A stretch of DNA of 64,000 bases from contig CM041465.1 in the NCBI GenBank assembly GCA_023213395.1, positions 151,039,741 through 151,103,740 of the forward strand, given 5' to 3'. Positions 28,900 through 42,487 of this stretch are shown here, one piece after another (within the stretch, counting starts at the first letter, position 1; every line of letters starts with the position of its first letter). Below the pieces are notes generated by a model that had not been told where the DNA came from, ran no database searches, and worked only from the letters and a program-made list of their open reading frames with translations. Position numbers and translations under genes: made by a program. Origin of the DNA: Cycas panzhihuaensis (Eukaryota > Plantae > Cycadophyta).

Positions 28900-31800
28900 G
28901 GAATTAGTTGCTAGTCATATGCTAGAACTTGACTTATAAGAGACCATTCTATACCTAAAGTAAATTAAATTTTAATAATAAACTTATCAAAAAATACCTT
29001 AATGACTACTAAAATCTAACACTTGAAGAATAAAAAGTTGTCTGACTTCAAGCATATTTTAATTATTTGTAAACCATGCAATCTCAAAAGAAGAAAAAAC
29101 TAGAAAAATTGTGACCCATTACTTTAGCATTGAATAAAAAATACATAAACCAAGAGTGTAGATTTAGTAAATGAAAAATTGTTTTCACTTGGTAGAAATT
29201 AAGCCAATTGAGCAAGTTGCTTTAACAATATTACATATGGATGGAATTTCATACAATGGTGATAGATCTTAGAGAACACCATATTTTAAAACCAATTTTC
29301 AACATAGAAATAATTTGTTCATTTATTAATTAAAAGATTTAAAATTATAACTAATCACAATTACTATTATAAATTACAAAAACTAAGATAAATAAGAACT
29401 ATAGAAGAATACAACATGGCATTTGCTAAATTAAGGTATATACTAGAAGACATCCTAACTAGTAGACTCATTTAATTATACATCAATAGCCCAATTATGA
29501 AAATTCAAGCCAATGTCAAAATTCAAGAACTAAAAGATCTTAATAAATCAATATAATTCATTAGAATATAGGAAGATAAGAACAACAAGTTGAGAAAAAA
29601 CTAAAACAAGACTCTATGTCCCTCCATTTGCTCATCCTAATCCATTACCAACTATTTGACCCAGTCCCTTACTAGTGAGATCCAACTAACCTATTAGAAT
29701 TATGCTTCAAAGAGTATGGGAAAATTAAGAAGATCTAAGGAAAAAAATATATATGTCTTAAATGTATAAATAAATGGGTACCATATCATAAATGTCAAAA
29801 AAACTAGTAATATATAATTGACTTATTTCTCGTAGTGGAAAATAAAGGATACGACAAAGAAGAAAACTTAAAAATAGTCTAAAAAAATTATTATAATCCT
29901 CAAGAAGATAGTTATCATCATGAGCCTAATATTCCAAAAAAGTGGTTTTTAGCTATGAGCGGTCTCATACGATTTGTTATATTAAAATTAAGTAGCTTTA
30001 TAAAAAAATAAATTATTATAATCTTGATAGATCCTAGGATCACTCATAATTTTATAAATAGGATATTTGCTTAATACTTAAGGTTATTTTCCTTAAGAAT
30101 ATCTCCCTTTCAAGTAAGTGGGGGAGGATAATAGGTTACCTTAGGACAAGGTATAATGGAGAACCTTAAAATCATGATTAGTGATGTAGTTATCATAGAA
30201 AATTTCTATGTGCTCAATGTAGGAAGGGTAGATATCATTTTAGGTAGCTAATGGCTTAGAACTCTTGAAACCGTTGAAATGAACTTAGATGAATTATTTC
30301 TAAGATATATAAAAAAGACATAAGATTATTATACTTTAAGGAGAAAGATTAGGGGCTAGACAATTAATATTTTATAAGTGTATAGAAAAATTAATTAAAA
30401 AGGTCACAGAGGCATAATAGCTCAACTCTTTTTAATCTAAGCAAAAATGATACTAACAACTAAATAAAATAAACTACAAAAAGTTATTCAAAACATAATA
30501 AAGTCTTTCAAGACCTTCAAATAGAATTACCCCTTAGTAAAGAAATAAAATATTAGAATGAGCTTAAGGTTGGTAAGAACCTTATTGTCATACATTTGTA
30601 TTAACAACCACATCACTATCAAAATGAAATTGAAAAACTTATACATGAACTACTAAATCTAGAAGCAACAATTCCTTATAAGAGCCAATTTCCATCTTCT
30701 GTAATCTTGGTTAAGAAAAAAGATAGCTCCTATTATATGTGCATAGATTATCAAGTATTAAACAAGATTATAATTCTAGAAAAAATACTTATAATAAGAA
30801 TTAATGACCTATTAGATGAGTTATAAGAAGTGGACTATTTTTCAAAAATAGATCTAAGATTAGGATATCATCAAATTTAAATCAAGTTAGAAGACATATA
30901 TAAAATTATTTTTAGTATATACCATGGCCATCATGAATTCAAAGTAATACCTTTTGGCCTTACTAATACACAAACCACATTCTAAGTTATTATGAATAAA
31001 GTTCTTAGGCCTTTCTTATGGAAATTCATTTTAGTTTTCTTTGATGATATATTAATATTTAGCAAAAATTAGAAGGACCATGTAGACCACATAGACCAAG
31101 TGTTAAATCTTCTAAAAGAACAGAAGTTCTTTTCTAAAAAATAAAAATGTTCCTTTCGAAAAAAAAAATAGAATAGAGTATCGAGGACATCTCATCTCAA
31201 AAGAAGGAATAAAATCAATCTAGGGAAGATCAAGGCCATCTAAGAATAGATTACACCTAAAAATATCACCAACCTTAGAGGTTTATTAGGGTCAATAGGA
31301 TACTATTAATGTTTTGTTAAGAATTATGCACAAAAAATGTTTGTGTTAACTCACCTATTAAAAAATGACTCCTTCTAATCAAATAAAGAAACTGTAACTT
31401 ATTTTGAGGAACTCAAATAAACCATGACTTACCTCCTTGTATTAACTTTACTAAGCTTAAAGTATTCACAATATAATATAATGCTTCAAGAATAGGGATT
31501 AGAGCAATATTAATAGAGGGAGAAAAATCAATTACATTCAAAAGTAGAAAATTAAATAATAGAGAATAATTTAAATCCACATACAATAAAGAAATATTGG
31601 TTGTTATACATGGACTAGTTAAATGGTATTAATATTTCATAGGTAGTGAATTTATAGTAAAAACATATCATAGCAGTTTATAATATCTCCTAAGGTAAAA
31701 AGAGTTATGTCCACAACAACAAAAGTAGATGTGAAAAATGTAGGTGTTCGACTTTGACATAATATATAACAAAGGAAAACTTACTATGAAAGTTGATGCT

Positions 31801-33260
31801 TTATCTTAGAGACATGAAGATCCTAAACAAGGTACAAAACACTAATTGAATGCAGTTTTGATAATAGGACCATTATGGATAACATAAATATAATCAGAGT
31901 ATTCTAAGGACTCAAACTTCCAATAAATAATTCAAGGAATGCAATAAGAAAGTAATAATAAATTTGAATGGAGAAATGACATCCTTTTATAGAAAGTATA
32001 AATACTTTTAGGGAAAATTTCATTATTATGAACTAGAATATTAGAAGAAGCATATATAGTGCCATTAGCAAGACATGAGGACTTCTTCAAAATATATCTT
32101 AGAGCTAAGTCATTTTTCTAAAAGGGAATGGAAAAGAAATCTAGAAGTTTATTACTAAATATATAATTTGCTAGGTGAATAAATATGAACGTATAGTTTG
32201 ACTAAGACTACTATAACCCTTACCTATCCCATAATAAAATTGAAAAAGTATTAATATGGATTTTCTACAAGACTACTAAAATCACAAGGGAAAGATGTTA
32301 TATATGTGGTAGTCAATCATCTGATGAAATTTATTCATTTTATGCTCATTAAATCCATATATAAATATCCTTAGTTAGAAAAAATATTTATCAAAGAGAT
32401 ACATAAATTATACAGTTACCCTCACATCATTATTAGTGATAAAAATCCTAAATTTTTGAGCCACTTCTAGTAGGAGATGCTTAAACAAGCTAGTACAAAG
32501 TTAAAAATGAGTACTAGTTACCATCCATAAATAAACAATCAAACTAAGGTAGTGAACAAATACTTAGAAAACTACTTAAGGAACCATACGACTAATAAAT
32601 AGAGATCATGGGCCAAATGGTTATACCTAGCTAAATCTTGGTATAATTCTTTTTATTATGCATCCATTCAAATGAGCCCATTCAAGCTTTATACGGTTGC
32701 TATCCAACTCAAGTAAATCATTAGATATCCAAGGATAGTAAGGTTCTAATAGTAAATAATTATCTTCAAGAAACACAAGACATAGTCCAAATCTTAAAAG
32801 AAAATCTAGAAGAAACTAGAAAGCAGATGAAACAAAAAGTAGATAAACATCATGTTGAAAGAAAATGAGATATAGGAGATTAGGTTTATGTAAGACTATA
32901 ACCATACAAACAAGCCTTATTAAAAGGTTCTCAAAAGGAAAATTTAAGCTCAAAATTTTATAGATTGTATTCAGTTAAACAAAAAATTAAGGAAGTTGCT
33001 TATGATTTAGAACTTTTGATGTCTAAAATACATAATGTATTTCATGTATTTTACATAAAGAAAAAAAATTAGGTGACCATAATCTTGTGCAAATAAAGTT
33101 ACCTCTCTTCGATGAAAAATAAAAAATAGTTCTTACACCTAAGGCCATGATTGATAATCAAGAGAAATAATTACAGTAAAAAAAATATTCAAGAATGCTT
33201 AATTAAGTAGAAATAACTACCTGTTGAAATTGTTATTTAGGAATCTAATGAGTTGTAAAT
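28900..33260 (+). pseudogene. gag-pol: Chromovirus H gag-pol pseudogene (gag-PR-RT-RH-INT-chromodomain)
   Basis: Protease ILIDPRITHNFI at about 30021; RT LVKKKDSSYYMCIDY and VFFDDILIFS at about 30705-31065; RNase H at about 31480-31810; integrase at about 32050-33060; chromodomain ECLIK*K*LP.E...*ES at about 33193-33246. Start is approximate. Confidence 0.88.
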
Positions 33261-36200
33261 AGATATCCAAACTTGTAGAAATGAAGTTTTTTGGGTGAAA
33301 CATCTTAGAGGGAGGAATTATTATGACCTTAATTAATAATTAACCATTATTTAACATTTAAAAGAGTAAAGGCCATGACCTTTCAAATAAACACCATACC
33401 GTCTATAAAAATATAAAGACCATTGTAACAAAATATCATTCATTTTTAATCAATAAAACCTATTAGTTCTTTGACTAATACTCTTTTAAGATTACTTGTG
33501 TGCTATTATATACTCTCTTGAATTCAACAATTATCCTCAAGTTACAAACTAGATTCATAATAGAATGGCCTTCTAAATAGGTGGAGTAATATTTAGATAG
33601 GATACACAGAATAAAAGGAGATGTAAGATGGATGAAAATGTAATTTTTATATAAAAGATGATTGTTATACATGGACTAATCCTTTTGAGTATGGACTTTT
33701 ATAGTCCATTAGTATAATCTAGCTGGGACTGGTTATTAGTATCTAGCTTTGTTAACCAAGTTAGTTGGGGCTTGGTGATGGCATGAATAGTGGGTTTAGG
33801 GGGTGGGGGGGAGAGGGTATCTATGATAACACTATCCTTCCCCTTCTTATAAGTTATAGTAAAATATAAAACCTAAAGATGATTAATCCACTTAGCTTGC
33901 TCTTCAGATAAGACCTATTAGTATAGAAGATGGTGAAGGCTATGATGGTATGTTAAAATGGTGAATTTAAAACCAAATAGATATTAGTACCATTTATCTA
34001 CTACATGTAGGATAACTTTCATTTCATTTTTATATGTTGACAATTGGTATTTAGGGTCTTTAAGCTTATGATTTTTTAACATAATTAAGTGAAAGTTTTG
34101 TATGAACACAACACCCAGATCAAATCTTGAAGCATCATATTTAAATTAGAAAGATTAAAAAAATTAGAGTGACAAGGACTAGGGTGGAAGTTAAGACCAT
34201 ATTAAGATAATTGAAAGTATCATTTTCAGTTAGGAACCATTAAAACAAGTCCTTCCAAAGAAGATTAGTTAGTAGGGTAATAAGAGAAGCATAATTTTAA
34301 TAAATTATCATTAAAATCCTATGAGCCCAAAGAAGGCTTATAACTAAGTGATATTTTTAGGCATTGACTAACTAGTAATGACTAAAATTTTGTTGGGATC
34401 AAAACAAATGTACTCTAAAGAAATGATAGCCTAAGTACTATAATTCAAAATTACCAAATTCACACTTTGGGAATTTAGTATAAAGTTGGTGCTAGGTGAA
34501 ATTTTGAAGCATAGTTTTTAAATGTTAAAAATGGTGAGTCATGTAAGAATTGTAAATAAGTATGTCACTGAAGAAAATACTAATAAATGTTTAAAGGTAG
34601 TATGTACATATTTTATTTATTTAAGCCTAAAATGTGGCTAGGGTATTACATTGGCCAAACAGTATGACTAAAAATTCAAAATGGCCATGATGCATATGAA
34701 AGGCAATATTACGATGATCCTTAAAATCAATAGAAATTTGGTAATACCCTAATTGAAGTTCTAGTTTGGAGAATATGGTAACACCATGGATTTCATCCAA
34801 CGTGTCATCAATCCTCAAGGTTAAAAACGTATTCTTTGTTGTGATATTATTAAGACCATAGTAGTCCACATATAGTTAAAAGGGGCCATCCTTTTTACAA
34901 ACAAATATAATGGGGGTGGCATAAGGACTTTTGTTGGGTTGGATAATACCTATGTTTATTATCTCATTAGTGATTTTTTTTTATTTTATTCTTTTAGAAG
35001 TATGAGTTTTAATAAGGTTTAAGGTTAATGATATCTTGAAGTATTTTGAGTTTAATAGTGTGATAAAAACCTCAATCTAGGGGATGGTTATTAGGAAGGC
35101 TGGAAAAGATAGATTAGTACTTAGTGAGGAGGTGTTAAATATATGGGTAGATTGATAATATTGACTTCAATATTATTGATGAAAACTATATACCTAATAC
35201 TACTATTTAATTATTTACACATATAATTTAGGAAGACAAGTTTATTAGGCAAAGGTTAAATATTATGAAACTTGTGTGTTTGGCCTAGAATGTCTTTGAA
35301 TAATATGAAAGGATTATTAGTGAAATTATTTATACTACAAGTACTAAGAATTTTAAGCCATTGGACCCCAAGGATAGCATCCAACCCTCCTATAGCTACA
35401 ACATAGAAATTTGAGACTAAGTAATAAGTGTTAATTTGAATATATAAATCTTTTATTATTCCTATATAATGGAGAGTATAGTATCCTAGTAGGAAATAAG
35501 TGAATCCAATTTTGGGTTCAATGTACACGTTGACTTACCTAGCCAAGGATATATCAATATAATTAAAGGACATGCCACCATTAATTAGAATGGTAATATG
35601 GGTTTTTTTAAGTATGCCCTTAATACAAAGTGGTCTAAGGTAATAAGCAAATGAAATAATAAACAAGGAAACTTCAAGCTTAAGATTTGGGTAAAGTTCT
35701 TATGGTGGTTCTTCCTCAAGTTTACGATCAATGTTTAAATCCTCATGTAAAGATAAGTTAGGGTTAATAGCAAATACCACTTATTTATCTTGATAGACTT
35801 TTCCATAACCAGGGGCCTACTTTTCTTAGCATTTGATGTAGAGGCTAGTCTCCATATGCCTATTGACTTCTATTATTGGTACATAGATGGGATCTAAGAA
35901 AGGCTCTATTGATGGTTATTACTCATTCATATGTAGACATTAACATTGTTAGTCCATTAGTTTAAGAACACTCATACCAAGTAGAGTTATGATATAAAGA
36001 AGATAACCATTATGTTGTAAACTTGATCTTAATTGCTTTGGCCATGGATATTACTTCTCTTAAATTCATTAAGGGGATCATCTTAAGGCATATTTGAATT
36101 TGCTCCTTAAGCCTAGACACATATACATCAATGAATATTTGATGATTGAGTAATTGGGTGACTCAATTTTACAATGCCTAGAATTCTTCAATTTATGATT

Positions 36201-38144
36201 CCATAGATGTTATCTATTTAAGCCAAGTGAGTTGGCTGAAGAATAATTGATTCTAAGTTTTTTTATATTAATTTAAAAAATTCTTATAACATAGGCCCAT
36301 GTTTGATTTATCGAATACTTCCACTACCACTAATAGAACTAATGATATGCTTTTCCTTCAAGATGAATGCAAACAAAATTTAATTAATGATCAAGCGACA
36401 CAAAGTTGATAGAAAGTATGATTCTAGCTTGCTTATCTAACTTCTTACAATGCCCCTATTAAGATCGTAATCAAATGTTAGTATTTAGATTTTATGGTGA
36501 AATGGCTATTGTCATGATGGGGGTGGAGGTAGAGGAGAGACACCAGTTGAGTTTGAAATGCCAGTTACATTTGAAGTACCTATTAAGTTAAAAGTAGATA
36601 TTATATTAGACATCTAAGTAGACAACTTGATAATCTCATTTGTTAAATTATTAGAATTATTATTCATAGTAGTAAACTATGTCTCCAATATAGAAATTTG
36701 ATTTTCTTAAGTGGAAGCAATCATATAAATATATATATAATGAAAAAATAAAGGGATATAAAGAAGAAGAAATTAGAGAAGAAGGGATTATTTAAAGCAA
36801 AAAGGATTAGGTGGATAGATTGAGACTAAATAATTAGGGAGTAGTGTAGAAGAGATGGGGAAGAGAGGGGATATATAGCTTATTTACCATTAAAATTTTC
36901 TAACAATTTCACTTAATATAATAATACAAGTGTGAAAATCTCATCAGGATAATGTTAATATTCTTAAGTATGAAAATTAGGCTATGGGGCCTATGAGGTG
37001 TTATATGTAAATTTTCCCCAAAAATCAATGTTAAAATTAACCTAGTACAAAATGATAAGCATAACACACTCATTAAAATAAGATATATAAAAGATAAGGG
37101 TAAAATTTAAGTTGTGATTTTTTTTTTTTTATTCCTAAACCTCTAGTATAGGTTATATCAGTAAAACATTAATCTATATAAGTGATCCTATAGAGTGCAA
37201 AGTGAACATTCAAAGGTATAACTACATATGTGTGTGTGTATAAAGTCTAATGATGAAGAACTTTGAGATCTATAGCTAAAGATTTAGATAGGGAGAAATC
37301 TATGAACAAGGGTTTTAAATAAATTTACTATGGTTACTTTCTTCCTTCTCTTATTTATGTTATATTAATGTGAAGATTTTATTTTTATAATTTTTTATTT
37401 TTTTTCAATAGATTTTTCTAATGCAAGTAATGTTTAAGTAATAGAATTTATGGACAGACTTCAGTCATAGGGATTAGCCTAGTTTGTAGGCCCTCCTATA
37501 AAATTTTTTATCAATAATAATGCTTAACTTGATATCTTAGGGCACTAACTATAAAGGATTATCATACCAATACTTGCATTATATGTATCTGAGGTGTTCA
37601 AGAAAGGTAGCTTCCTAGTGCTAGTCACTAACCAATGCATTATAGATTTACAATAAAATAATTGGTTTTCTATTTTAGGTTATATGGGAAGGGAGACTAT
37701 ACGGGTCCTCCTATATACTTGAGGGTATGTGGAGGCTCAATTATATATGCAAGCACTATCTATGGCCTGAGTATTGGAAAAAACCTACCTTACTTCACAT
37801 GTTGACTTATACATGAATATACTTAGCTAAAAATAATAACTTCCCATGGATGTTTTAAAATGCCCAGAATAAAGTTTCTACATAGACCTCTATAAGAAAT
37901 TGGAAGAGTAGCAAATAAAGTGGTTGTAAAAGGATTGATACCTTTTTACTAATCTCTATGAACAAAAGTAGAAAAATATATAAAGAGAATAAATATAAAA
38001 TAACAATAGGTAAATAGAATTTAATCAAAGAAAAGGATTGTGATTTTTCACCAATGGAAAAAGAAAATCTATAAATTTTATCTCCCTTAGCTTGTTACTT
38101 CTCTATAATTATGCCTTATTACTTCAAAGGTAGAAGTAAGCCAA

Positions 38145-38156
38145 GCTTTAATACCA
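38145..38156 (-). promoter_or_regulatory. Decayed tRNA-iMet PBS (possibly of element G)
   Basis: GCTTTAATACCA matches GCTCTGATACCA with two transitions and is followed by CT-TG. Confidence 0.55.
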
Positions 38157-38369
38157 CTTGGGATAGTTATATCTTAATATTTTTCCATAAACACTTAACT
38201 TATAAACTCAAAGAACATTATAATAAAGTATTATGGTAGTAAATCAAATCAATTGTATTACCAAATAGGACATACTATAAAAAAGGTCATAGAAAGGGCA
38301 CCAAATACACATCAAATAATCATTAAAATACATATTATAGTATGCTCTTATATAAGTTCTTATTACACA

Positions 38370-41300
38370 ATAATGGCCCAACTACCTTTGATGGAGCCTT
38401 AATAGACAATAAAATCCTATCTTACAAAATTCCATTGGTGATTATAGATGGCCTATAATTCCATTAGCAGGAATGAGCATCCCACATATAAGAGTTAATG
38501 GCTAGAACTAATGATTAGGTCCCTTATTCATATACTAACAAACAAGTCCTACTATCAATTATTAGTTATACAACATATAATCTCTTTTAGCTTTTTAAAG
38601 AACTCCCTCATTTGCTCACTCCATTGGAACACATCCTTTTTTAATAGTCTGATTAGGGTTGAAGTCCTTTAGGTATAATTCTTTATAAAGCACTTGTAAC
38701 ATCTTATTAACCTAAGGAATCCCCTCAACTAGATGTTATTTCTTAGTGTAGGCTAGTCTTATATGGCCTTGATTTTATTAAGATCAAGCTTGACCCTTTA
38801 CCACATTATGGTATAGCTTAGATATTCCACATTCTCTTTTCTAAAAGTATAGTTAGAATTCTTGATTTAGAGCTTATTTATCTAATGGATATTGAGATAT
38901 TTGTCAACATGGGTTATATGGTTCTTCCATTTCTTGCTATAAATTTAGATATCATTGAAGAAAACTAAGATAATTTTTCTCATAAATGGAGTCAATACCT
39001 TATTCATTATAGCGTAAAAGATAGTGGGACCATTGGTAAGTCTAAATGGCATCATGTTGAATTCATAATAGCCATGGTAGACGTGTAAGGTCATTTTGGG
39101 AGTATCCTCCTTTCTAATCCTTATTTGATGATACCTTCATTGTAGATCAAGCTTAGTAGAATGCTATGCTCTATGTAGTTTGTCAAAGAGCTCATCAATT
39201 TTAGGGATTAAGAATTAATTCTTATTATGGCCTTATTTAGGATTCAATTATTAATGCATATTCTAAATGATTTGTTATTTTTCATAACCAATATAATTGG
39301 TACCACAAATGGGCTTTTACTAGGTACTATTACTTTTAAATCTAAGTAACTCCTAAACTATTCTTTTAATTTTAGTCTTATAATGGTATAAATACTTGTA
39401 CAATCTAATGATTATGGGGTTAGTCCCATGTTCCAATTCAATAGTATGCTTCATATCCCTATCTAGTGGAAACTCTAAAGGGAGTTATTAGAATATACTT
39501 TTGAACTTTTTGAGTACTTCATGTAACTTTGATTATGATCTGCTCCTCTTTTTTACTTTTATCTACATTACAAATAATTAGAATATAACCCTTGATTTCC
39601 CTATCCTTATTAGATTTTCTATTTGGTGGCATGATATATGTTGAATCTTCCATAGATGCTTCCCCTATAAGGTGATGGCTTTGAAATCTTACCTATACCT
39701 CATGAAAATTTTATCCAAATTCATCTCAAATATTCCAATCTTATTTAACATCAACTACCTAAGATCATATCACTATCATGGATGCCTATCATATAGAGGT
39801 TCTCAATAATGACTTCATCTCACACACTAAGTTTCATTTTCTCCAACACACCCTCGTTAGAGATGAATTAGTTTCCCCATATTTGAATCTTAAATTTTGG
39901 GGTTTATATTGGAAAGAGCTTGAGGATTGGGCTACCAATATATCTACAAAATTATTGGTGCTCCTTGAATCTACCAAGATTGTAACTCATTATTTCTTAA
40001 TGAACCCTCATAACTTAAGAGTATCATGTTAGGTGATTCTAAACATGAATAAGAGGGATATATATGACATGTCATCCTCTAAGATGAATGTTTCCTCATA
40101 TACCAACCATGGCTCTACCTCCTCCTCCTCCTCCTCTAAATGTCTCTCCTTTACCAATTCCAACTCAATAGTAATAAGTTGGTTTCTTATGTATCTATGT
40201 CCTAGTCCCCATTATTCTTCACATCTAAAACATAAACCCTTATTCCTCTATTTACCTTATTTTAATTTAAAGACCTTTATAGTATACGTATGTTCTACTA
40301 CTTAAAGAATTTAGCTACCATAATAGATTTCTTTCCTTATGATATCATCATATTTGTCTAAGCAAATAAGAGAATGTAGATTTTGATTGTAGCTTTACTT
40401 TTAAGAATTACCTTATCTATACATATTCAAACTAATTGCATTACCTAATTAAGGTTTGGAGGATCTTAGGTTAAGACATTTACCTAATTTTTTATTATTA
40501 GGCAATCAATATATAGTTAAACCAATCTATCTATAGGGATATAATGCACCATATATGCCAACTTGGTGAATGTAGTGTTATACTCTTTGACTAACATTAT
40601 TTTTTTTAGCTTTATAAGTTTACAATAGCAGTTATAATCTATGATTATCATAAACATCTCTAAGAATAATATTAGAAATACTCTTCATGATAGTAGTTGA
40701 TTTTAATACCTAGTTCTCTCTAGTCTTTACCACTATTCACATGTTATTCCATCTAGGTGTAATGTAGCCAATTGTATGTGTTCCCTATTTCAATATTTAT
40801 CAAGTATAAATATTACTATATTTGTTAGATCAAGGCCCTAAGTTCATGGGTCTCTTACTCTATATTAAAGTGTTAAATTATTCTCTTCTCTAGACTTTTC
40901 CTTTTTTGTATTTGCATGGATTATGAGAAATTATAATATGTTTGGAACCCTATAACATTATGCTCCTCTATGGTTAAATTCTTGTAGTCACATCGACATT
41001 TATGAAGTGCTTCATTAGGTAGAGTAGCTTGATATCATTTAATCTAAGGGCCATAATTCTCTTTCATCTACTAATTCTTATGTCAAACCTCTTTATCATA
41101 GCCCATCATTTTGTGGCTACCGAGTAAAGCACATAGTATATTAGTCATCTCTTGCATTCCATAGTGTAACATTTGTTGTATCATGGCAAAGCTAGAGGCA
41201 TTTATTTGTTGAATAGTTATAGTAACAACCTTTATAAGTAGGCTCGTAATCTAAACAATGAATTTCATTATCTCCTCTTCTAATGGATACCCATCATTGG

Positions 41301-42487
41301 CTTTCACAACATGCCTTCATAACAAATCTTCTTCTTTTATCACACACTCTAGAAAGAGATCCAACTAGTGATTCCTTCAAAAAAGAGGAGAATATATGTG
41401 AACATAAAGGTAAGCAAGAATATAAAATAACACAAAGGAAAACAAAGGACTCAAAAAATGTAAGACTTGGATAGATTGGTCACAAAGAAGCCTAACAAAA
41501 AATATTTTAAATTATAAGAGAAATTTTTAAATTTCAAGAAAGAGAATATTCTTCAAAGAAGAATATTTTGATTTTAATATAGTAGAGGACTTTGGGTTTT
41601 TTAAATTTAATAAAACCTTAATTAATCTATGCCTATTCCATCTTATACTATATGTATTATCATTATTTAGTATTATATATTGTCACATGCTATGAGTGAC
41701 TAAAGAGAGTAAACAATAAGATTAGAGGATGATTATATACTAGATAACAAATATAAAGGAGATCAACTAATTTGGAGTAAGACAAAATATCACATGTAAT
41801 GGAAGGACACATGATAAATGGAAAATACATGATAGACAAGTGGAAAATATATAAGGGAAAGTTATAAGATTTAAGGAAAAAAATGATGTAGATGATAAGT
41901 GGACAAGATAAGAGGAGATGGCTAGACAAATGAAGGAGATGATGAATAGTACATAAAGAGGAATATCAACTTATAATTGGGAAAACATAAAAATATTACA
42001 TAAAGGATAAGGGGAAAAAAGGATATAGATAAAGGTTGATGAATTGAAAAAATAAGAATTCTAAAGACATAGAGATGATAGCATAGTAACAAAAGAGAAA
42101 AGGTATAGAGTTATAAACATGAAAGGACAAATCCACAAAAAGTATTGAAAAAACCTTTAAATTAAATTGCAAATATTGATGGCTTACTTAATTGTTATTT
42201 AGGTACTAGAGTACCACTATAATACCATTTAATAGATAGCTTATATAGGTATATGGTCATATACTAGAAGCGAGATAGAGACTATAATTGTTAGATTGAT
42301 ATTTAATAAGATGATGATTATAAATAATTATAATAAGAGAATTTATATGAGCCCAAATGCTTTCCTACTAAAAGGTGTATATATTCTTACCTAATTCAAA
42401 TTAGTTTTATTTTATACTATTTTTATGAATTACAACTTAGGGTCATAATATTTTTAATTAAATCTTTAGAGGTATTATAGTAAGGCA
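38370..42487 (-). mobile_element. Degenerate, 3'-truncated Ty3/Gypsy element I (chromovirus-like); its 5' LTR is interrupted by Copia A
   Basis: RT at about 38600-39400; protease ILVDSRSTNNFV at about 39945-39980; gag GLCFRCEE*WGLGH at about 40195-40240; decayed PBS ACTATAATACCA at 42216-42227, with the LTR starting at about 42230. Confidence 0.8.

Larger units (their letters stand above)
27099..33562 (+). mobile_element. Full-length degenerate Ty3/Gypsy chromovirus H (Reina-like, 244-bp LTRs)
   Basis: LTRs at 27099-27342 and 33319-33562; perfect TSD GAATG (27094-27098 / 33563-33567); PBS TGGTATTAGAAT at 27345-27356; PPT AGAGGGAGGAA at 33307-33317. Confidence 0.93.
26228..36720 (-). mobile_element. 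Degenerate Ty3/Gypsy element G (same family as E), interrupted by H
   Basis: Minus-strand PPT-like AGGGGGAG at about 26228-26235; integrase at about 26240-27098; RNase H at about 33830-34150; RT ORF 34627-34869 (DYYGLN..RIDDTLDE.HG..IFSKLEL..GYYQI..GHFEF); protease at about 35565-35590. The post-protease segment NPFILFKDILGQTHK is shared with E. LTR limits were not resolved. Confidence 0.82.
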